DNA from: Chthoniobacteraceae bacterium
GTDB lineage: Bacteria; Verrucomicrobiota; Verrucomicrobiia; Chthoniobacterales; Chthoniobacteraceae
Length of the DNA stretch: 31,953 nucleotides
Assembly (NCBI GenBank): GCA_031409655.1
Contig: JANNXQ010000279.1
Span: forward strand, 1 to 31,953
Direction of reading: 5' to 3'
Positions within the stretch are counted from its first letter, which is position 1, and every line of letters starts with the position of its first letter. The notes below the pieces were generated by a model. The model was not told where the DNA came from and did no database searches. It saw only the letters and a program-made list of their open reading frames with translations. The position numbers and the translations under genes were made by a program. Below, in pieces: positions 21,630 through 30,469 of the stretch.

Positions 21630-22446
21630 CTGACTTTCGGCCCAGGAGCCGCGCGAAGGGGCGGATCATCTGGCCGAAAAAATCGCGCGGGAATTCTTCC
21701 GGGATGCCGAAGTTCACCGGGACGCGGCCCGGCGGCATGTAGTAGGTGCAGAAGATGCGGTCCCAAAATGGCAGCAGGCCGGCGAAGTTTTTGTCCCAGG
21801 CTTCGCGGTCTTTCGAGTGGTGCCAGCGGTGGAAGACGGGCGAGGCGATGACGCTGCGCAGGGGGCCGTAGTCCCAGTCCACATTCGCGTGGAGCATGAT
21901 GGCGTAGAGCGTGAAGAAGGGCGCGGCGGAGAGGGTGGCGAAGGGATTGAAGCCGAGGAGGAGCAGCGGGGTGACTTGCAGGAACTTGTTCACCAGATCG
22001 TTCACCGGATGCACGCGCACGCTGCTCAGCCAGTCGAGATCCTCGGAACTGTGATGCACGGCGTGAAAGGGCCACCAACGACCTCGGTGAAAAAGCCGGT
22101 GCGTCCAGTAGCCGATGAGATCGGTGAGGGCGTAGATCTCGATGATTTGCAGCCAGAGCGGCTGGCGGGAGATCGGACCGAAGCCGCTGAAATCGCGGGA
22201 ACGCAGAGATTCGACATTTGCGACGCCGAACCAGATGAGCGCACCGAACGGCAGGATCAGGACGAAGCGCGTGAGGGCCTGAGTGACGAAAGGCGTAAGG
22301 AACCAGTAGCAGACATCGAGCAGCCAGCCGCGCCGGAAGTAGGGCCGATCGCGGCCCCTGCCCAAGAAGCGCTCCACGGCGAAGAAGAAGAGCGAAAGGA
22401 CAATCAGGGCCGCGGTGACACTGAGGAAGGTCTGGTCGGATTTCAT
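21577..22446 (-). CDS. Sterol desaturase / fatty acid hydroxylase family protein
   Basis: Histidine boxes YWTHRLFH, FHAVHHS and FHRWHHS; hydrophobic segments. Confidence 0.92.
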   Translation of the reverse strand: MKSDQTFLSVTAALIVLSLFFFAVERFLGRGRDRPYFRRGWLLDVCYWFLTPFVTQALTRFVLILPFGALIWFGVANVESLRSRDFSGFGPISRQPLWLQIIEIYALTDLIGYWTHRLFHRGRWWPFHAVHHSSEDLDWLSSVRVHPVNDLVNKFLQVTPLLLLGFNPFATLSAAPFFTLYAIMLHANVDWDYGPLRSVIASPVFHRWHHSKDREAWDKNFAGLLPFWDRIFCTYYMPPGRVPVNFGIPEEFPRDFFGQMIRPFARLLGRKSVAVAGLEPAREKPPNGF

Positions 22447-22505
22447 GGTGGCGATGGGGAAGACGCGGGCCGGGTGGCAAAGGTTTCAGCGAGGGTCGCA
22501 CCGCG

Positions 22506-22566
22506 TGACATCTCTTTGACAATCCTCGCACCCGGCCCTGACACACGCCGCGGCGGGCCGCACTAG
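22506..22566 (+). promoter_or_regulatory. Candidate OmpR/PhoB-type boxes upstream of the vWA-HK-RR cluster
   Basis: TGACA at 22506, 22517 and 22539 (11-bp phasing). Confidence 0.5.
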
Positions 22567-22575
22567 CGTGCCGGC

Positions 22576-23904
22576 ATGAAGAAACTCACTCTCCTCATGT
22601 TATTGGCTGGCGCCCTCGTGCGTCAGGTCGCGGCGTCCACTCCGGGCGATCTCACCCTGCGCGTCACGCCGGAACGTGATCTCCTCTATTCGCGCGGCTC
22701 GCGGGAAGTCATCGTGCAAATCGACCTCGATGGCCGGCGACCCGAGCGCGGGCGCCGCGTGCCGATGAACCTCGCGATCGCGCTCGATCGCAGCGGCTCG
22801 ATGCAAGGCCCGAAGATCGAGAAGGCGCGGCAGGCGGCCTGCGTCGCCGTCGATCATCTCGCGGACGACGACTTTTTCTCCGTCGTCACCTACGACAATG
22901 CGACGGACGTCCTGATCCAGCCGCAGCGCGTGGGCGGGCGCGGCAACCGCGAGGAACTCAAGGGCCAGATCGAGCGCATCCGGACGGGCGGCGGGACGGC
23001 GATCCACGCGGGCGTTTCGCTCGCCGCGCGGCAGGTCCGGCAACATGCGGGAAAGGAGTATTTGAATCGCGTGATCCTGCTCTCGGACGGCTTGGCAAAT
23101 GTCGGCCCGAGCCGTCCCGCCGATCTCGCCGCGCTCGGTCGCGATCTGCGCGAGGACGGCATCTCGGTCACGACCATCGGCGTCGGCGAAGACTACAATG
23201 AAGACCTCATGACCGCCCTCGCGGAAGCCAGCAACGCGAACTACTACTACGTCCGCGATGCGGAAAAACTCCCTGGCATTTTCAGCGAGGAACTCGGCGT
23301 GGCGCGCACCCTCGTCGCTCGCGGCGTCACCATCCGCATCACGGTTCCGGGTGGGGTGCGGTTAAAGGAGATCATCGGACGTCCGGACATCACCGTGGGG
23401 GAACGGGAGGCGGCCATCCATCTGCCGGAGTACTTTGGGGCGGAGAAACGTCGCTTCCTCGCGCGCTGCCTCGTCGATGAAGCCGCGGCCGATCGTCTGG
23501 AAGTCGCCTCGGTCGATTTGAAATACGAATCCGCCGACGGCTCTGCAGGAATGCCGCAGGAGCAGTCCGCCGCGATCAATTTCACGGAAGAAGAACGCAA
23601 AGCAGACGCGAGCCTGCGTCCGGAAGTGGCGCGCGAGGTCGCGGTCGCCGGCAATCGTCTCGCGAAGGAAAAGGCGGTGCGGCTCGCGGACGAGGGCAAG
23701 GCAGGCGAAGCCGCGGATGTCCTGCGTCGTCAGGCGACCGCGAATAGTGCGCTCCCGGCATCCGCGCAATCTCCCCTGCTCGCCGAAGAAAACCGCAAGC
23801 TCGAAGCCACCGCCAGCGAACTCGGAGCCAGTGGCCAACTCGGCAAGGACAGCCGCAAGCGGATGCAGTTTGAGAACTACCAGGACAAGTATCAAAAGCG
23901 CTGA
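22576..23904 (+). CDS. Secreted vWA-domain protein (YfbK-like)
   Basis: Signal peptide, LDRSGSM MIDAS, GGTAI, LLSDGLAN. Confidence 0.9.
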   Translation: MKKLTLLMLLAGALVRQVAASTPGDLTLRVTPERDLLYSRGSREVIVQIDLDGRRPERGRRVPMNLAIALDRSGSMQGPKIEKARQAACVAVDHLADDDFFSVVTYDNATDVLIQPQRVGGRGNREELKGQIERIRTGGGTAIHAGVSLAARQVRQHAGKEYLNRVILLSDGLANVGPSRPADLAALGRDLREDGISVTTIGVGEDYNEDLMTALAEASNANYYYVRDAEKLPGIFSEELGVARTLVARGVTIRITVPGGVRLKEIIGRPDITVGEREAAIHLPEYFGAEKRRFLARCLVDEAAADRLEVASVDLKYESADGSAGMPQEQSAAINFTEEERKADASLRPEVAREVAVAGNRLAKEKAVRLADEGKAGEAADVLRRQATANSALPASAQSPLLAEENRKLEATASELGASGQLGKDSRKRMQFENYQDKYQKR

Positions 23905-23907
23905 CTG

Positions 23908-24034
23908 GGAGCGGCGATTTGCAATCGCCGAACCAAAACCAATCTCGCGCAGCGAGCCCTTCATTCCTTCTGGCAAAAGTGCGCACTGTCGGCTGACGGG
24001 CGGGGTTGGAACGGCGATTGCAAATCACCGCTCC
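23908..24034. repeat. REP-like inverted pair
   Basis: GGAGCGGCGATTTGCAATCGCCG (23908-23930) and its reverse complement with one mismatch (24012-24034). Confidence 0.8.
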
Positions 24035-24069
24035 TTGGCCTCCGCTGTTCGCGCGCCACACTCAACCCT

Positions 24070-26124
24070 TTGAAAAAGAGCATCTGGATTTTTCTCCTCG
24101 CGGTCCTGCTCCCGAGCCTCGGGCTTGGGTGGCTGGCGCTGCGCAGTGCGGAGGAGCAGCAGATCATCCTGGAACGCCGCACCGCCGAGCTTTTTCAAAA
24201 GGAAACCGAGTCTGCTGCCGCGGCCGTCCGCGGGCTGATCGATGAGCAACGCCGCGCCTTTAACGACACCGTGAACACGCTCCTCGCCCGCACCGATGCC
24301 GACCGACTCGGCGCGGAGTTTGCCACGAGCCTGCCCGGAGCCTGGCCGCGCGCGGCAGTGGGCTTCGTGATCGATGGGCGGGGACGGATGCTCTCGCCCA
24401 CGCCATCGGCCGCACGGAGCAATCCGGCGTGGCAGCGTTTCCTCGAAGGCAACAGCGCCTTCCTCAGCGCGAACCTTCCGGCGACGGTCTATGCGGTCTC
24501 CGGGGACGAACTGAATCGCACCGATCAGCAGCGCAAGATGAAGAGCGCCCCGGAACCGCGGCAGCAATCGGCACTCCCCAAGAAAACAGCCAGCGCGCCG
24601 ACGAATCCGGCACCGACCGCCGCGGGTGAAATGATCAAGCGACGAGAGTCCGAGGCCGCCCCGCCGATCCCGGCACTCGCGCCGGCTTCGGCGCCGAAAT
24701 CAGCGACCTCCCCGAGTGCCGGGACGACGATCGCACCCACCACCAGTCTCGGAAAGGAAGTCGCCGACGCCGCTTTCCGCGAACACCCAGCGTTGCTGGA
24801 CAAGTCTCAACAACTCGCTGCGGCTCCCGCGGAAAAGCAGGAGGAGAAAGATTTCGTGGAACTCGTCACTCGCAACGTCGCCCCGCAACGCCGTCCGGAA
24901 GACCCCGGCGAGGCCGCCATCTCGCAACTCGTGGCGGCCACCACCGACTTTCGCGCGCTCACCGCGGACGGGACCGACGGGGTGATCTCGCGCTTCGTCC
25001 AGGACAAGCTGGAGATCCTCTTCTGGCTGCGACCGGCGCAGGCCCCAGAGATGATCTTTGGCTGCCTGCTGGAAGCGGAAAGCCTGCGCGATCTCTGGAT
25101 CGCCGCGCTCCCCGAGTCCACCTCCTACGGATCTCGCGGATCGGCATCAGAGTTCATCCTCGCGCTCCTCGACGACAAAGTGCGGCCCGTCGCCACCCAG
25201 CCCACCGGGGTGACTGGCCGCGAGTGGAAGCGCCCCTTCGTCGCGTCGGAAATCGGCGAGGCCCTGCCGCATTGGGAAGCCGCGCTCTACTTGCAGCGAC
25301 CCGAGCAGCTCCAGGAATCCGCGCGCGCCCTGCGGCGCAATCTCGTGCTGCTGATCGCGGCCGCGCTCTGCGCCATCACCTTCGGCGGTTGGATCGTCGT
25401 GGCGGATGCGCGCCGCCAACTCGCGCTCGCGCAGAAGAAGACGGACTTCGTCTCAAACGTCTCGCACGAACTCAAGACGCCGCTCACCTCGATTCGCATG
25501 TTTGCCGAGATGATGCAAAGCGGCCGCCCGGAAACTGCCGCGAAGGCGCCGCAGTATCTACGCATCATCATGGTGGAAGCGGAACGGCTCACGCGCCTGA
25601 TCAACAACGTCCTCGATTTTGCGCGCAGCGAGCGGCAGCAAAAGCGGCTCGAGCGGAAGCCGCTCGATTTGCACGGCGTCATCGCGCGCACCTGGGAAGG
25701 CCTGGAGCTGCATCTGCGGGAGCACGGCTTTGCCACCCGCTGGGAAGCAGCCTCTCCACCGTATCCTGTGATCGGCGACGAAGACGCGCTCGCACAGATC
25801 CTCGTGAACCTGCTGTCGAATGCGGAGAAGTATTCGCCCAACGACCGCAAGGAAGTGGAACTGCACAGCTACCTCGATGGCGATCACGTCTGCGTGAGCG
25901 TGCTGGATCGCGGCTCTGGGGTGCCGGACGGCGAGGAGCGGAAGATCTTCGAGGCCTTTTACCGCGCGCACGATTCGCTCTCGAGCGGCATTCAAGGTTC
26001 CGGTCTCGGCCTCACCCTGGCGCAGCGCCTCGCCCGCGAACAAGGTGGCGAGATCACCTATCAACCACGCACCGGCGGCGGGAGTAATTTCACCCTGCGC
26101 ATTCCCCTTGCTCGCGAAACGTAG
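24070..26124 (+). CDS. Sensor histidine kinase
   Basis: Two TM segments, H-box VSHELKTPL, NLLSNAEKY, DRGSG, GSGLGL; TTG start. Confidence 0.95.
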   Translation: MKKSIWIFLLAVLLPSLGLGWLALRSAEEQQIILERRTAELFQKETESAAAAVRGLIDEQRRAFNDTVNTLLARTDADRLGAEFATSLPGAWPRAAVGFVIDGRGRMLSPTPSAARSNPAWQRFLEGNSAFLSANLPATVYAVSGDELNRTDQQRKMKSAPEPRQQSALPKKTASAPTNPAPTAAGEMIKRRESEAAPPIPALAPASAPKSATSPSAGTTIAPTTSLGKEVADAAFREHPALLDKSQQLAAAPAEKQEEKDFVELVTRNVAPQRRPEDPGEAAISQLVAATTDFRALTADGTDGVISRFVQDKLEILFWLRPAQAPEMIFGCLLEAESLRDLWIAALPESTSYGSRGSASEFILALLDDKVRPVATQPTGVTGREWKRPFVASEIGEALPHWEAALYLQRPEQLQESARALRRNLVLLIAAALCAITFGGWIVVADARRQLALAQKKTDFVSNVSHELKTPLTSIRMFAEMMQSGRPETAAKAPQYLRIIMVEAERLTRLINNVLDFARSERQQKRLERKPLDLHGVIARTWEGLELHLREHGFATRWEAASPPYPVIGDEDALAQILVNLLSNAEKYSPNDRKEVELHSYLDGDHVCVSVLDRGSGVPDGEERKIFEAFYRAHDSLSSGIQGSGLGLTLAQRLAREQGGEITYQPRTGGGSNFTLRIPLARET

Positions 26125-26202
26125 GATTTCAGATCGCAGATTTCAAATTGCAGATTGATCTCCGGAGCCGCTCTTCAGTCTGCAATCTGAAATCTGAAAT
26201 CC
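26124..26202. repeat. Inverted heptamer arrays (AGATTTC / GAAATCT type)
   Basis: Five AGATT(T/G)C-like units followed by four reverse-complement units in the HK-RR intergenic gap. Confidence 0.75.
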
Positions 26203-26206
26203 CAAA

Positions 26207-26899
26207 ATGAAGAAACATCTCCTCGTCATCGAAGACGACGCCCACATCCGACTCGGCCTCTGCGATGCGCTGCGCGGGGAAGGCTACGAAGTCAGCGAGT
26301 GCGGCGATGGCCGCCAGGCACTCCCGCTTTTCAAACAACTCCGCCCCGATCTCGTGCTCCTCGACATCATGCTGCCCGGTCGGAGCGGCTACGATCTCTG
26401 TCGCGAAATCCGCGCCGGGAAACATCGCACGCCGATCTTGATGCTGTCGGCAAAAGGCCAGGAGATCGACAAAGTGGTGGGCCTGGAGCTCGGCGCCGAC
26501 GATTACGTGACCAAGCCCTTCAGCCTGCGTGAACTCCTCGCCCGGGTGCAGGCGCTGCTCCGGCGCGCCACGCCCGGCGCGGTGGTCAGCGAACTGCCGG
26601 ACGAAATCGCCTTTGGCAAAGTCCACGTGGACTGCGCGGCGCTGCGCGGAAAGCGCGGGCGCGATCCTTTCGATCTCACGCCGCGCGAGTTGAAGGTACT
26701 CGCGCTGTTGCATCGCGAACGCGGGAAGGCCGTGTCGAGGGAAACGATCCTGAACGAAGTCTGGGGCATCGAGTACTACGGCACCACCCGCACGCTCGAC
26801 ACGCTGATCGTGAAGTTGCGGCAGAAGATCGAAGAAGTCGCTGGCGAGCCGCGGCATCTACTGACGGTCCACGGGCTTGGCTATCGGCTGGATGCGTGA
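26207..26899 (+). CDS. OmpR-family response regulator
   Basis: IEDD, LLDIMLP, GADDYVTKPF; winged helix with TVHGLGYRL. Confidence 0.96.
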   Translation: MKKHLLVIEDDAHIRLGLCDALRGEGYEVSECGDGRQALPLFKQLRPDLVLLDIMLPGRSGYDLCREIRAGKHRTPILMLSAKGQEIDKVVGLELGADDYVTKPFSLRELLARVQALLRRATPGAVVSELPDEIAFGKVHVDCAALRGKRGRDPFDLTPRELKVLALLHRERGKAVSRETILNEVWGIEYYGTTRTLDTLIVKLRQKIEEVAGEPRHLLTVHGLGYRLDA

Positions 26900-26916
26900 A
26901 CGACCACGCGCGCATC

Positions 26917-26945
26917 TGTAACCTCCCCCACCCCGCCCGCGTCTC
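26917..26945 (+). promoter_or_regulatory. ECF-sigma-type promoter
   Basis: TGTAAC-N17-CGTC just upstream of the ECF sigma gene. Confidence 0.6.
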
Positions 26946-26959
26946 TCCCTGACGAATGC

Positions 26960-27586
26960 ATGATCTCGACCGCTCTTCCCTGGCCCGCATTGTCTTTCGC
27001 GCCGCCGCTTCCTAGAACGGCGGCGATGCCCGCTGCCGATGCCGATCCCGACGATTCGCTCGTCGCTGCGACGCTGGAGGGCGATGACGACGCCTTCGCG
27101 GAGATCGTGCGCCGGCACAAACGCCGCGTCTTCGCCACCGCCAGCCGCTTTGCCCGCGACGCGCATCAGCTCGAGGATCTGTGCCAGGAGGTTTTCCTCC
27201 GCGCCTTTCGGCATCTCGGGAAATTTCGCCGCGACGCGCCTTTCGAGCACTGGCTGGCGCGGCTCACGGTTTCCGCGTGCTACGATTTTCTCCGCCGCGA
27301 GCGCCGGCATCGCGGGCAGCTTTCGCTCGATGAGATGGAGTTCGATCTGCGCGATCTCTCCGCGGACGCCGCCCTCAACGCAGACCGCGCCCGCGAAATC
27401 GTGCAGTGGGCGCTGACCCAACTTTCGCCCGACGAACGCCTGATCCTCACCCTGCTCGAACTCGAAGAACGCAGCGTGCGCGAGATCGCCGTGCTCACCG
27501 GGTGGAGCGAGAGCAATGTGAAAGTCCGCGCCTTCCGCGCCCGGCACCGCCTGAAAAATGTCCTCCAACTCAGCCATGAATCCTGA
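26960..27586 (+). CDS. ECF RNA polymerase sigma factor
   Basis: EDLCQEVFLRAF, FEHWLARL, and region 4 SVREIAVLTGWSESNVKVRAFRAR. Start may be 27026. Confidence 0.93.
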   Translation: MISTALPWPALSFAPPLPRTAAMPAADADPDDSLVAATLEGDDDAFAEIVRRHKRRVFATASRFARDAHQLEDLCQEVFLRAFRHLGKFRRDAPFEHWLARLTVSACYDFLRRERRHRGQLSLDEMEFDLRDLSADAALNADRAREIVQWALTQLSPDERLILTLLELEERSVREIAVLTGWSESNVKVRAFRARHRLKNVLQLSHES

Positions 27587-27878
27587 CGACCGCCTCGACT
27601 CCCTCTTCCGCGCCGCGCGGGAAACTGCACCCGACACCGCGCGCGCCGAACAGGCCTTTGAAACTCGGCTCGCCGCGCGGCTGCGCGAAGAGCGCGGTGC
27701 TTCGTGGCTCGCGTGGGGATGGAGACTCTCGCCATTTTTCGCCGCGCTCGCCGTCGCCTCGGCGGTGTGGTGCCATGCGAATACGGGCATCGACGCGGAT
27801 TCCGAAACGCTGCTCGACACAGTGCAAAGAGGCGGGCGATCCGCGGTCTTTGCCTGGGTCGCAGAGGAGGTGCGATGA
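27576..27878 (+). CDS. Putative membrane anti-sigma factor
   Basis: Overlaps the sigma stop; about 100 aa with one TM segment. Confidence 0.7.
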   Translation: MNPDDRLDSLFRAARETAPDTARAEQAFETRLAARLREERGASWLAWGWRLSPFFAALAVASAVWCHANTGIDADSETLLDTVQRGGRSAVFAWVAEEVR

Positions 27879-28306
27879 GACGGCTGCGCGGCTGCCTCAC
27901 GGTGTTGTTCATCTTCGGCTGCGGCTTGCTCGTCGGTGGATTTCTCGGCGCGGCGTTTGGGTGGATGGCGTGCTTCAACAAAATTGTGAAGGGCGGCCCG
28001 GTTGCGGTGCAAGAGATCGTGATCGATCGCGTGAAAGGCGATCTGAAGCTCAAGGGCGAGAAGAAGGCGGAAGCGCGGAAGATCGTGGAGGAAATGGCCG
28101 TCGAGCTCGATTCCGCGACCAAGGACGCGCGTCCGAAGGTCGGGGAAATTCTCGGGCGCGGCGAGGAGCGGATCGGCGCACTGCTGACGGAAGACTGGCA
28201 ACGAGCGCGGCTGAAAAAGACGCTCGATGCCGCACGGTTGAAGTGGGTGCCAGCCGCGCCAATCCCACCATCGGCAACAACAGCTCCCCCATCGGTTCCT
28301 CAATAG
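27875..28306 (+). CDS. Membrane-anchored helical protein of the ECF operon
   Basis: GAGGAGG RBS, ATGA overlap, N-terminal TM segment, LTEDWQRARL Spy-like tail. Confidence 0.7.
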   Translation: MRRLRGCLTVLFIFGCGLLVGGFLGAAFGWMACFNKIVKGGPVAVQEIVIDRVKGDLKLKGEKKAEARKIVEEMAVELDSATKDARPKVGEILGRGEERIGALLTEDWQRARLKKTLDAARLKWVPAAPIPPSATTAPPSVPQ

Positions 28307-28339
28307 TGATCGATAGCTCGCGAGGCGGCGGGAAAGAAC

Positions 28340-28503
28340 TCCGGGGAGCATGCGCGTCTCGCGCGTTGGTCGCAGCGTCCCGCCGCGACGGACTTTTCTT
28401 GCCGCGCCTGAAACCGGATCGCCCGACCTGAATTCGTTGACCATCGGAAGTTCGTTTCGGCGGGACGCCGAAACCAACGGGCGGGACGCCCATGCTCCCC
28501 GGA
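28340..28503. repeat. REP-like inverted pair between convergent genes (possible terminator)
   Basis: 28340-28395 and 28448-28503 are imperfect reverse complements (TCCGGGGAGCATG...CATGCTCCCCGGA). Confidence 0.75.
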
Positions 28504-28513
28504 ACTCGGGACT

Positions 28514-30283
28514 TTAGCTCACGAGCGGGAGCAGGCGGCTGAGCAACTCTTCGATCTTCACGCGTTCCTGGCGGCCATCATCGCGGTGGCGCAGGGTCAC
28601 GGTGTCGGCCATTTCGGGGCCTTTTTCGCCGAGCGTCTCAAAGTCGATGGTCACGCCGAAGGGCGTGCCGGCTTCGTCCTGACGCGCATAGCGGCGGCCG
28701 ATGTTGCCGGTCTCGTCGTAGAAGCAATTCATCTGGCGCTTGAGCGTGTTATAGACTTCGCGCGCTTTGGCCACAAGTTCGGGCTTGTTCTTCAGCAGTG
28801 GGAAGACCCCGACTTTCACCGGAGCCACGCGGGGATGAAATCGAAGCACGGTGCGCTTCTCGATCTTGCCGTTCACGTCGGCCTTTTCCTCCTCGAAATA
28901 CGCGGCGGCGAGGACCGCGAGCGCGAGCCGATCAAGGCCAGCGGATGGCTCGATGACGTGCGGGACGTATTGGCCTTTGAAGAGCTTCTCGCAGAACTCC
29001 TGCGCGGCGGTGCGCGCGGCGTCTTCCGGTTTGCCGTTCTTCGCGGCGCGCGCAACCCATTCGTCCTGCGCTTTGCTCACGAAGGCCGCCTTCGCCGCGT
29101 CGTCGAGTTTACCGGCAGCGGCGCGGAGTTCTTCGTCAAAGATTTCCTGCGACTTGCCGCTGTGCTTCTGGTGCTGCGAGAGGTCGAAGTCGCTGCGCGC
29201 GGCGATGCCTTCGAGTTCCTCGGTGCCGAAGGGGAACTTGAAAAGGATGTCCACGCAGGCGCGGGCGTAGTGCGCGAGTTCGTCGGGCTTCTGCCGATGG
29301 TAGTCGAGCAGGTCGCTGCCGAGACCGATGCCGTCGTAGTAGGCGACGCGCTGCTTTTCCCAATAGTGATGCCACATGTCCCAGCCCCAGTTTGGCTGCG
29401 GCGCGGAGAGATCCGCAGCCTCGCTCCACTGCGCCACGGAGCCATGCAGGATCTCGACGGCCTCATCTGGGGCAATGAAAAACTCGAGCTCCATCTGCTC
29501 AAACTCGCGCGAGCGGAAGGTGAAGTTGCGCGGCGTCACTTCATTGCGGAAGGCTTTACCGATCTGGCAAATGCCGAACGGCACCTTCTGGCGCGAGGAG
29601 TCCACGACGTTCTTGAATTGCGCGAAGATGGCCTGCGCCGTCTCCGGTCGCAGATAGGCCTTGTCATCGTCGGACGCGGTCGCGCCGACGAAGGTGTGAA
29701 ACATCAGGTTGAAGGGCTTCGGTTCGGTGAGCTGCGCGCCGTTTTCGGGATTGAAGGCGCGCGTGTTTTCCACCTTCGCCGTCGTTTCACCGAGCAACGC
29801 TGGATTCGTCAGACCGCGCGTGGTGTAGAACTGCACGCCCACCTTGCGGGCGCTTTCTGCCGGTTTGCCCAGCGCCAGCAGCACGCTGAAGGCATCGGCA
29901 GATTCCCTGCCGTCATCACTCGTCGCGCCCGTCCAGGAATAGACGACGCCCGACTGCGGCTCGACGTGGTCTGCGCGGAAACGTTTCTTCGTCACGAGGC
30001 AGTCGCACATCGGATCGCTGAACGTGTCCACGTGGCCGGACGCCTTACAGATCGCCGGGTGCATGATGATCGTGGCGTCGAGGCCGACGACGTCTTCGCG
30101 TTCGCGGGTCATGGCGCGCCACCAGGTTTCGCGCAGGTTGCGCTTCAGCTCGGCGCCAAGTGGGCCGTAATCCCAGAAGCCATTGATGCCGCCGTAGATT
30201 TCCGAGCTTTGGTAAATGAAGCCGCGGCGCTTGCATAGCGACACGATCTTTTCCATCAGGGGTGGCTCTTTCGGCTGGCTCAT
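28514..30283 (-). CDS. glyQS: Glycine--tRNA ligase, homodimeric type
   Basis: KRRGFIYQSSEIYGG, YLRPETAQ, FRNEVTPRNFTFRSREFEQME, PHVIEPSAG, IGRRYARQDEAGTP. Confidence 0.97.
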   Translation of the reverse strand: MSQPKEPPLMEKIVSLCKRRGFIYQSSEIYGGINGFWDYGPLGAELKRNLRETWWRAMTREREDVVGLDATIIMHPAICKASGHVDTFSDPMCDCLVTKKRFRADHVEPQSGVVYSWTGATSDDGRESADAFSVLLALGKPAESARKVGVQFYTTRGLTNPALLGETTAKVENTRAFNPENGAQLTEPKPFNLMFHTFVGATASDDDKAYLRPETAQAIFAQFKNVVDSSRQKVPFGICQIGKAFRNEVTPRNFTFRSREFEQMELEFFIAPDEAVEILHGSVAQWSEAADLSAPQPNWGWDMWHHYWEKQRVAYYDGIGLGSDLLDYHRQKPDELAHYARACVDILFKFPFGTEELEGIAARSDFDLSQHQKHSGKSQEIFDEELRAAAGKLDDAAKAAFVSKAQDEWVARAAKNGKPEDAARTAAQEFCEKLFKGQYVPHVIEPSAGLDRLALAVLAAAYFEEEKADVNGKIEKRTVLRFHPRVAPVKVGVFPLLKNKPELVAKAREVYNTLKRQMNCFYDETGNIGRRYARQDEAGTPFGVTIDFETLGEKGPEMADTVTLRHRDDGRQERVKIEELLSRLLPLVS

Positions 30284-30355
30284 AGGGAGGGCGAAAGTGG
30301 GTGCGGCCTAGGCGTGGCTCAAGCGAAAAGTCCGGCGCGGACGGCGGCGTTTTTC

Positions 30356-30469
30356 GGTGGATGGCGTCGCTCCGCGAGCCAAGCGTTGTTCCGCGCCGAA
30401 GGCCCATCTTCCAAGAGTGGCGCTAAAGCGCGTGGATTTGGCATGGCGCGCGGAGCGACGCCATCCACC
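30356..30469. repeat. REP-like inverted pair
   Basis: GGTGGATGGCGTCGCTCCGCGAGCCA (30356-30381) and its reverse complement with one mismatch (30444-30469). Confidence 0.8.

Noticed and set aside
28586..30238. Long antisense ORFs (also 591-1883, 21197-22546, 26858-28477)
   Set aside because: Shadow or off-frame ORFs of well-supported genes in high-GC DNA.
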